Source: Octopus sinensis (taxonomy: Eukaryota). From it: a DNA stretch of 64,000 nt. The stretch is taken from assembly GCF_006345805.1 (NCBI RefSeq), contig NC_043011.1, positions 37,026,464-37,090,463 on the forward strand. Direction: 5' to 3'. The translations under genes were made by a program, and so were the position numbers. Every line of letters begins with the position of its first letter. Position 1 is the first letter of the stretch. The notes beneath the pieces were generated by a model. That model searched no databases, was not told the DNA's origin, and worked only from the letters and a program-made list of their open reading frames with translations. This document shows, piece after piece, positions 54,366-64,000 of the stretch.

Positions 54366-55985
54366 AGCAGTCACCTTTAGTTAGTATATTCACAAATTAA
54401 GAAGTACTGATAAAATCTAATTAGGATTTTCATTTTTATTCTTTTTTGCAGTGTGAAAACTATGTCAAGTTTGTTCTCGTAATAATTTTCTTAGATTAAC
54501 ATTTGTCCACGCATTGTTAAATGAGCAAATGATGTGAGCGCTGATGAAATTTGCTCACTCACTTTGTCTACACAGTAGGAACAGGAACAGGGATTACTAT
54601 TTAAAAGCTAAATGAAAAGACGACTTAGAATGTAAGCGCCACTACATGCACGTGTCTTTGAATGTGAAAGTCTTTAGCAAGCTCTGTAAAACTTGCAATT
54701 CTAGCGCTATTGTGTACATGTATTTGTATGTATAAATTCCTTTCGTTGAGCTACATCCAGAAAATTAGTTTAAAAAGGGGAAAATTAGTTATTTTACTGC
54801 ATTACTCAACATTTTTCATTATTTTCAGCATTGTTTCTTTTCATGTACGTATTATCCATCAATGTCTTTTTTTTCTTTTTTATAAATTGCAACATTATTT
54901 GTTTATTAGCAACAATAACTAGTTATTTTCTCCCTTCAGTGAATGAAAGCATCGTATACGGAACGTGACATAGTTTGAGGGCAATTTGCGAAAAGAAGAT
55001 ATTAAATTACCGCAAAACCAAAAGAGAGATATTCAAACCTAAGTTGGAAAATTAATCCCATAAAAATACATTGTAGCAAGCATACACACACACACATACA
55101 TACAAACCAGTGCGTTTAACAATCTCAAAATTCTATGTTTTCTCTGTATATATTTTTTGTTTAATTTCTTGCTATAGTAAATGTGCTAACTTCTTTCCGG
55201 TTGCTTAGAAATTCCATGGTGAACATTTTTTTCAGGAATTTCAATTGAATTAACTTGGAATCAGGATAAAAATTACAGAGCAAATGTGTCAGAAAATTAT
55301 CCTAATTTGTTTCCCTATTTAATTTTTGTGATACTTTTTAGCACTTGATTGTTAGAAATGTACAACCTTCCGTACTCACACGCATGCTATACACACACGC
55401 ATACAGATATAGTATGTCCGTCTCTTAGTGGTTCTGTATCTACGATTTTGATAAGGGTTTGCTTGTTATTATTTATGAATGTGTAAGAAAGGGTACCCAT
55501 GCGTGTGGGCGTATAGTTGTATGTGCATACAAGTAGGTAAGTGTAACTAGATGTGTCTGTTTCTCTGTATTTCAAATCGCCATTCTAAAGTAACTGAAGC
55601 AAAAATTGTTTTTTTTTTAAATGTATACAGAACAAATAAAGATAAAACTAAGATAAACCGCAAAATATAGAAACAAACGAAAAGCTGAATAAATGCGAAG
55701 TAATCTCCAGGGAAACGTAACACAGCCATTATATGGCGCGTTAATAGATTTAAAATAGCACATTTAGGTATTTCAACGTCGGTTTTGTATGAAAACATGA
55801 TGCCGATTTTTTTTCTTGGGTGGATTCCGAATTATATTGAACGAGGAAGAAATGAATTTAAGAGTGTTAATCATCAAAGCAACAGAGTAAAGTTGGTGTA
55901 TCTTTATTTGCGTGTGCTTGTTTAAATGTATGTATATATATATGTAGATATATATATATATATCTACATATACACCCACACACAT

Positions 55986-56030
<45 letters not shown>

Positions 56031-56708
56031 AATACATAGTTGCATAAATATGAACACATGCATGCATATATGGATATATAAATGTATATATTTGACTACA
56101 CACATATATGCATACATACATACACACGTATATATGTTTGTATGTATGTATGTTGTATGTATGTATGTATGTATGTATGTATGTATGTATGCATGTATGT
56201 ATGTATGTTTGTTTGTATGTATGTATGTATGTATGCATGTATGTTTGTATGTATGTATGTATATATACACACGCATAAATTTTTGTGTGAATCTTAGAAC
56301 ACTTAATCCTGTTAGTAGAAACATTACAATCATCATTCAGAAAGTAAGCCATCTTCCTGTCTTTACGTACACCAACATCATTAAATCTTTCGGCTTATCA
56401 TCTCTGATTATAAATAACTTGCGTTAAGCCTCCTTCTGGCATTTTGCTAAGACATAAGTTAAATAAAATGTTTGGGATTTGCAGATAAAGAATGTAGCGA
56501 ATGTTTGTATCGAATATATAACAACTTTATTTACTGTCTCCATAATTATTGATATGTGTGTGTGTGTGTGTGAGTGGTACCTGAGTGATACCTGAACACT
56601 TCCACCTGCAGTCATATTTTACTTTTCGGTTTAACGAAATTTCCTTCATATATATATATATATATATATGTATTTACATATATATATATATATGTATGTA
56701 TATATATA

Positions 56709-56747
<39 letters not shown>

Positions 56748-56755
56748 TATATATA

Positions 56756-56813
<58 letters not shown>

Positions 56814-57562
56814 ATGCACATATATACCTCCATGCACACGAGTGTCAGAGAGTACAATTTAAGAATTTACAACCCCACGGACGTATGGCGGAAAGATCGG
56901 TTAAACTAAAGGGGTTTACACGACAAAACAAAAAAATAAATAATAGCGTAATAGGTGTAAAACAACTTGCTGTATACGGATAGGAAAAATGCGCGCTCGT
57001 GAAAGGGAGGGGGATCGTTGAGAGGACTCGGATAATTCACATCGTTAGACCATGGCCTTTAACCTCTAGTGTTTCACACGAGCAAAAGAAAATGTTTAAT
57101 AGTGTGATAGGTGTACAATGTCTTGTAGTAAATGAATATGATAAAATGCGCATTTGCGAACGGGGGTTCGGGGTTCGGACTCCAAAAGTTCTATATAACT
57201 CCACAATTATGAGCACATACGCATATATACAAAACAAAACACAGGGATAGGGAGAGAGACGGATAGACAGATGGAGAGTGAGAGAGGGACAGAGAGGGAG
57301 AGAGAGAGAGGGACAGAGAGGGAGATAGAGAGAGAGAGAGAGATTTAACGTAAACAGCAGTTTGCAAAGTTTCAGGAAAATGGAAACCTATAATTTTCAC
57401 TCTTGTCACTAAATGTGACTAGACTGTTATAAATACCTACACTGCGCGAAATAAGAGTTAAAGTGCTCTCTAATGCTGTCGTCACAAAGTTACAAAGGCA
57501 CATGTATATAGATATACACCAACAGGGACGGTAATTGTCCATCCATCCATCTATCTATTTAT

Positions 57563-57593
<31 letters not shown>

Positions 57594-57594
57594 C

Positions 57595-57637
<43 letters not shown>

Positions 57638-57721
57638 AAATAATATGTTACATTACACGATAGTCAAGATAAAACTCTGAGTTTCAGATACCGAAGTGGG
57701 AATCCACGACGCCATCTCTCC

Positions 57722-58400
57722 GGAAAAGGAATAATAGAAATAGGAAGGTCATCTGGTTTACACCCCCTTACTCACCCGAGGTGGCCTTCAATATAGGTAA
57801 ATATTTCCTAGCACTGATAGATAGACATTTTCCAGTTAACCATACTTATAGGAAACTCTTCAATAGACACAATTTAAAAATTAGTTTTAGTTCCACTACC
57901 AATTTTAAAAACATAATAAAACATAACATACAAAAAACCACAACAAGAAAAAACAGCTGTTCATGCAGGAATAAAGAATTGTGCCCGCTAAATGGACGTT
58001 GCATATCCAAGACCATCATATATGAAGCTACCGTAGACTCTATAACCACTAAAGACACCGTTTCGACGAAGAAATACGTGGGCCTTACAGAGGGTAATTT
58101 CAAGGCCAGGTTCAATAACCACACTTTGAGCTTTAGGCACTGGAACAAAAGAAAAGCGACACAATTATCTAATCACATTTGGTCTTTAAGAGATAAAGGT
58201 GTCGATTATAACATACATTGAAAGATTTTGGCCAAATGTAAGCCCTATACCAACGGCAAAGGAAGGTGCGGTCTATGCGACATGGAGAGATGGCTTATCT
58301 GGAAAAGCAGCTTAGACCCTACTACATGTCTAAACTCAAGGACAGAACTTTTCGTCCACATGTGACTAAATTTCTGTTACGTTTTTAGTCCCCTAAAGAA
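57722..58400 (+). mobile_element. 5'-truncated Penelope-like element, GIY-YIG endonuclease region (second family)
   Basis: RKVIWFTPPYS.EVAFNIGKYFL.LIDRHFP, CSC...CPLNGRC...IIYEATV, KYVGLTEGNFKARFNNH, then W-to-stop at 58219, CGLC...E and LNSRTEL. Confidence 0.93.
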
Positions 58401-59221
58401 AACAGATAGAACATGCTTCCTATGTTATATCCAAAGAAGTGTTTTTTTACCTCATCATACCTTCTATCATATATTTTTTATATATATTTTATATATATTT
58501 TTTATATATTTTTATATATTTTTTATGTATTTTTATATAATTTTTTATGGCGAAAAATGCGAGTGAAGATCTGCTGTTGCCTTTCCCTTAGACAACACTG
58601 GTGGCGTGGAGATAGAGGTCGGTATGCATGGGTGACTGCTGGTCTTCCATAAACAACCTTGCCCAGACTTCTGCCTAGAAGGGTAACTTTCTAGGTGCGA
58701 TCCCACGGTCAGTCATGACCGAAGGGGGTCTCAATTCTCCACCTACACTTTTACTTCTACAATTTCTTCAGCTCATGGCCACGGGCGATCAAAGAATCGA
58801 TTAGTATTGAAAACCTGGCCAGCTACAAAGACATTAACAAAAATTTTTCTTCTTTCTCTCCTTTTTCTTACTTTCCTTCTTTTTCTTTAACACTTATTTC
58901 AGATACAAAAAACAGACACACACACATACACACGCACGCACGCATACAAACACACATGCTCTCTCTCACTTTCTCCTCATTCATCACCCTCTTATACTAT
59001 CTTATATCTCTACCCACCACTACAAACTCAATGATACTATAAAAAGAGTCAAAACTCATACAAAACTTAGTTCAATTTGAAGACTCCACTAGAGTGGACG
59101 AAAGCGCTGTATGATATATGATATATGATTTATAAAAACATATAACATACTAATAAATATCTGTAAATATAAAAGCATCCAGATTTCTGAGTACCTCATT
59201 TCTTCTAATATTTTTCTAATA

Positions 59222-59279
<58 letters not shown>

Positions 59280-59315
59280 TAGAAGACATGAGGATATATA
59301 TATATATATATATAC

Positions 59316-59426
59316 ATTTCTCTCACCCTTTCTTCTGTTGGCCTGCTCACTTAGCCAGCGTGGTGACCTCATGCGAAGCGCATTGTGACCAGCGATGTGA
59401 ACACGGTGATATATACATATATATAT

Positions 59427-59475
<49 letters not shown>

Positions 59476-59625
59476 ATTGATTGATTGATTCTAGTTTCAG
59501 CTCACGAGCTCTGGCCATATATGTATATATATCACCGTGTTCACATCGCTGGTCACAATGCGCTTCGCATGAGGCCACCCCGCTGGCTAAGCCAGCAGGC
59601 CAACAGAAGAAAGGGTGAGAGAAAT
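59316..59625. repeat. ~105-bp inverted duplication of a SINE-C tail (arms 59316-59420 and 59517-59625)
   Basis: Arms differ by about 4 substitutions plus a TA indel. Confidence 0.93.
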
Positions 59626-59791
59626 TTGCGACGAAACAATACAGCAGGTATCACCACCAACCCCTGCCGGACCCTCGTGGAGCTTTAGGTGGTTTCGCTC
59701 AATAAACACTCACAACGCCCGGTCTGGGAATCGAAATCGCGATACTACGACTGCGAGTTCGCTTCCCTAACCACTGGGCTATTGCGCCTCC
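59531..59791 (-). mobile_element. SINE family C, tail variant 2
   Basis: GGAGGCGCAATAGCCCAGTGGTTAGGG...TTTCGATTCCCAGACCGGGCG head. Confidence 0.9.
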
Positions 59792-59875
59792 ATATATATA
59801 TATAATATATATATATATATAATATATATATATATATATTATATATATATATATAATATATATATATATAGGTAT

Positions 59876-59923
<48 letters not shown>

Positions 59924-60039
59924 TAGATAGATAGATAGTTTCTCATCATCAAACCGTGAGCCAAGGATCAGCTGATGATCTATGTAATATGAAACACGAT
60001 TAAAGCGATGGAGTTATGCCTATAGTTATATATTAATTT

Positions 60040-60101
<62 letters not shown>

Positions 60102-60151
60102 TGTGTGAGTGTGTGTGTACTGATATATTTACATACAGTCATACACACAGT

Positions 60152-60199
<48 letters not shown>

Positions 60200-60698
60200 C
60201 AGGGATAGAGAGAGAAAGAGCGAGATAGGGGGTAGAGAGAAATAGTATTGTTTGCAAGCGAGATCACAAACATTATATCGCCTACAAAACACCATGCTCG
60301 GTACGTCGCCAGAGCAAAGAAATAATCTATGAGTTATAGTTAATGTTAGATATCCCGCAACTTAAATTTCCATATCCTTCGGGTATCGTCATCAAAGGAT
60401 AATAAACGTATTAGGATTACTGACCTTTCAGACTTGAGACCTGCTTGGCGATATTGGTTTGTTTACATTTCAAAATATTATACGAAATCGTTATATCAGA
60501 ATTAGACTGGAGTGTGAGGTCAACGGTTTTCTTATGATGAGTATCCTCAAGGTAGACGAATGTTATGGGGTTTTACGTAATGGAATACTGAAAGAAGAAT
60601 TATAGCTACATATAGAAAACTCATTAAGTACACATATTTGAGCACAACACGCAGACACGAATGCGTTCACACCACACATATTTGTGAATCTCTATGAG

Positions 60699-60732
<34 letters not shown>

Positions 60733-60891
60733 ATATATATATGTGTGTGTATATATATATACATATATATATATATATACATATATGTATACATATATAT
60801 ACATATATACATATATATATATATATACATATATGTATACATATATATACATATATATACATAATATAAATATAAATATATATAATATATA

Positions 60892-60934
<43 letters not shown>

Positions 60935-61051
60935 TAAATTAGAGACAAAACCACTATTAGGCAAATCAAACAATGAAAGACTTAAGCCAATACATATGAT
61001 TAATTTATATTATTTAAATATGTAACAATTATTAAAAAATATAATTAATAT

Positions 61052-61114
61052 CCACTACGATCGTTTCCTGCCTGCTGTCATCAAACTTTTGAGTTGCAGT
61101 CATTCATCAGGTGG
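61052..61114 (-). ncRNA. Type I minimal hammerhead ribozyme candidate
   Basis: ccac CTGATGA a tgactgc...gcaggca g GAAA cgatcg T A gtgg: stem I 4/4, stem II 6/7, palindromic ACGATCGT, GUA triplet. Confidence 0.62.
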
Positions 61115-61619
61115 TTTCAAAATTTTTCTTGGCGAGTTTTATATATATATATATATACATAAATATATAGCCGTGAGTGTATAGATAAAAATAAATGAGG
61201 GTTATCCGTACATACATATATTATAGAAGTGTTTATGTGTATATTCATAGGAGTGTGTATGTGTGTATATATATGTATGCGTGTATGTGCGCGTGCCTTG
61301 TGTGTCCTTGTTTGAAACAGCTCTGATTCTATAGTGTACAACCAAATGAATGAAGCGTATTAGTTAATTCTTAATACATATTCATCCAAAATATGCCGAA
61401 CGAAACTCAGTATATGTAGTGAAGCATCTTACTTAATATGAAACACTTGACGAGACACAGTCTACAATGATTGATGCAGCACAACCAGCTCTATATTATC
61501 CCAACAGTTTTGAGACGGATGCTGCTTGGGAGGAAGGATCATTGCTAAATCCATTCTGCCTTCCGCTCATGCATTATGAATATATATGTGTGTGTGTGTG
61601 TATGTGTGTGTGTGCGTCT

Positions 61620-61712
61620 GTGTGTATTTCTGTTATTCTTTTCCTTGTTCCAGACATTTGACAGCGGCCATGCTGGAGTACCACCTCTTAGTGGAACAAA
61701 TCGACCCCATAT
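61620..61712 (-). mobile_element. SINE family A 3' fragment
   Basis: GCGGCCATGCTGGAGTACCACC...AAATCGACCCC. Confidence 0.7.
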
Positions 61713-61929
61713 AGAAACTTTCTTAGAGTTGCACATCCAACGACAGACAACACATGCTCGCGGGGCATACATACAGTAGATAGACTTGATATTTGTGCAC
61801 CAATTTCCTCCAATTATGCTACTAGTTCTACTTCTCCACTGCTTTCCTTGGTTGTTGTTTCCGCTGTTTTAATGTTGTACTTCTTCACCTTTTTACATTT
61901 CTTCATTTTCTTGCAGGTATAATATTTTC

Positions 61930-62400
61930 ATTGCTCTCTTTCGTCTTCATTGTTTTTGTTGTTTTTTTCTTCTGTCTCTTCGTTTTCTCCATATCGCTTT
62001 GCTGTCCTGATCTACTGTTGTCCTCATTCTCCTTCCTCTCCTTCTTCCTCTTCTTTTCCACTTCTTCCCCTTCTTCTTGTTGTTCTTGCTCTTGTTCTTC
62101 TTTTTCTTCTTCTTCTTCTTCTGCTTCTTCTTCTTCTTCTTCTTCTTCTTCTTCTTCTGCTTTTTTCTTCTTTGTCTTCTTCTTCTTCTGCTTTTTTCTT
62201 CTTTGTCTTCTTCTTCTTTTCTTCTTCTTCTTCTGCTTTTTCTTCTTCTTTGTCTTCTTCTTCTTCTTCTTCTTCTTCTACTATTTCTTCTTCTTTCTCC
62301 TTCTCCTTCTTCTTTTTCTCTTTCATCGTTTTCTTCTTTTTCTCCACGAAAAATTCCTCCTCCTACCCAAGTTCCACTTCCTCTTCCCCTTCGTCTTCCT
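61930..62400. repeat. (CTT)n low-complexity tract
   Basis: Directly visible. Confidence 0.95.
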
Positions 62401-62684
62401 TATATCTAAATACACGCATCCGTACATTTCTCTATAAGCACTCTCATCAACTATTTTCTCTTTCATTTTTATGTATAAATGAATATCTCCGGTGGCGAAA
62501 CGAATAGAAATAATTTTCTACTCTACACAATTTACTCAATCATTTCGGATTTTCTTCAATTAATAGAATAATATCAACAAGTCTCAAAGTGGTCAGGTGC
62601 TTATTTTGATCGGGTGGTTCGTATTACTTTTGTTTAGGCACAAGTCAGATACAATAGATACTAGTATCATTGTTTATTGATGGG

Positions 62685-63005
62685 GTGAAAATCTATATCA
62701 TGATACTTCACGAACAGAGGCAGTAAATTTATAGCTTCAGAAATTACCTAATGAGTTGAAACGAAATTTTAAAGTTTATCCTCGAAAACCACTTGTTTGA
62801 CTTCCATGGTGATATTTACAAATATCTAGGACTGTGATGGTGACAAATGTTTCTCTAACTTACGCCAAGCTAGTTATGGCATACATGGAGGCTCAGATAT
62901 ATGAACCATCTAAATTAATAAATGGGTTGAACTTTCACAAATATCAAATAGAAAACTTGAAACGTTACTTAGACGACTGCCTAATCCTATGGACGCACAC
63001 AACTT
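62685..63005 (+). mobile_element. PLE RT fragment homologous to 37660-38000
   Basis: Shares AAAGTTTAT.CTCGAAAAC, GATGGTGACAAA, ATGGCATACAT and TTACTTAGA.GACTGCCTAATCCTAT with the large PLE. Confidence 0.88.
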
Positions 63006-64000
63006 TCTTTCGGTATGTATAAATATTTCATTTATTTCATTCAGTACACCTTTCTTACGAGGAAAATATACTAGGCTAATCTGAAAATTGATCAACCTAG
63101 GGATAACTGTATTTTTCTAAATTTCCATTGGCTTACTCGATTTCAGCACGTGTGTAGTATTGGTGATGATTTAATGTGGTTAGCATCTCTTTTCAGCATG
63201 TAGGCAATATTTTTTGATACATATATGCATATATATATGTATGCATGCATGCATGTATGTATATGTGCATACAGAAATCCCTTAGCCGCAAGGAAGCACA
63301 GTTATCTCCCCTGTCAGCAATCTTTTATTTCTATCAATGTAGTTTTTATCCTACACCGTCAGTCATATTTAGTTTCAATTGAATTTTTCCGATTTGGTTT
63401 CATACCATGTCTAGCCACCTTCATTACTTTGTAATTTACACATTACCATTCTACTGAATCAGCCATAAGTTCCTATGGTAAATACTTTATACTGACACTC
63501 AAGAATTAGCCAAAGCACACAGCGATTGGGTAGTCACTACTGATGATCTTTAATTTGCAGCGAAAATAGACTAGTATCGTGATCTCTCTCGTTGTGGGGA
63601 GGTGATCTTCCCTCTTAGTGTATGGAGCTGTACCCTTTCAGGGCTAAGGTAGTTTTAAACTCTTATTTCTAGCAACACTCTATTGTGACTGCACTGTCAA
63701 TCACAATTAGTGTCAATTGAATTTTTTTCTTTTTTGTTTGAAATTGCGTATAGGAGGCTTCATTATTTTATGCATGTATATATGTATTATAGATTGGAAG
63801 GTAGATAAATAGATAGATAGATTTCTGGATAATTTAGATAGATAAATGTTTACGTATGTGTGACAATCTTTATTTGTGTTACAATGAATAATACAGATAT
63901 TTGTTGTGGATTACACCCCAGGCACAGACTGACGGTTATTTTAACTTATAACCAATAACCTTAAAATTGAATATAACACATTTAGTGCATCACTAATCAG

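Noticed and set aside
56915-57151. Degenerate ~80-bp direct repeat with a period of ~156 bp
   Set aside because: Too diverged and featureless to assign or to claim as notable.
61931-62507. Poly-S/F/L/E ORFs
   Set aside because: Products of the (CTT)n tract.
63531-63580. CTGATGA...CGAAA pair
   Set aside because: No convincing stem I or stem II.

Overview
AT-rich, microsatellite-dense eukaryotic intergenic or intronic DNA with one 100-N gap (26393-26492). Composition and repeat content look like a coleoid cephalopod, probably Octopus (inference). No intact host gene is recognisable, and almost all ORFs in the track are microsatellite artefacts. The window is a transposable-element graveyard. 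It holds a young array of ~740-bp tandem units at the left edge, three tRNA-derived SINE families (here called A, B and C; about 25 copies or fragments), and a decayed Penelope-like element (PLE) with RT and GIY-YIG domains plus two more PLE fragments. It also holds RTE, CR1/L2 and restriction-like-endonuclease (R4/Dong-like) LINE fragments, four Tc1/mariner remnants, a Tigger-like end and two non-autonomous Helitrons. The most notable signal is about a dozen minimal hammerhead-ribozyme (HHR)-like motifs, three with intact cores, in short non-coding elements next to (TA)n tracts. There are also several local inverted duplications, most anchored on (TA)n. All alignments and folds were made by eye, and boundaries are approximate.
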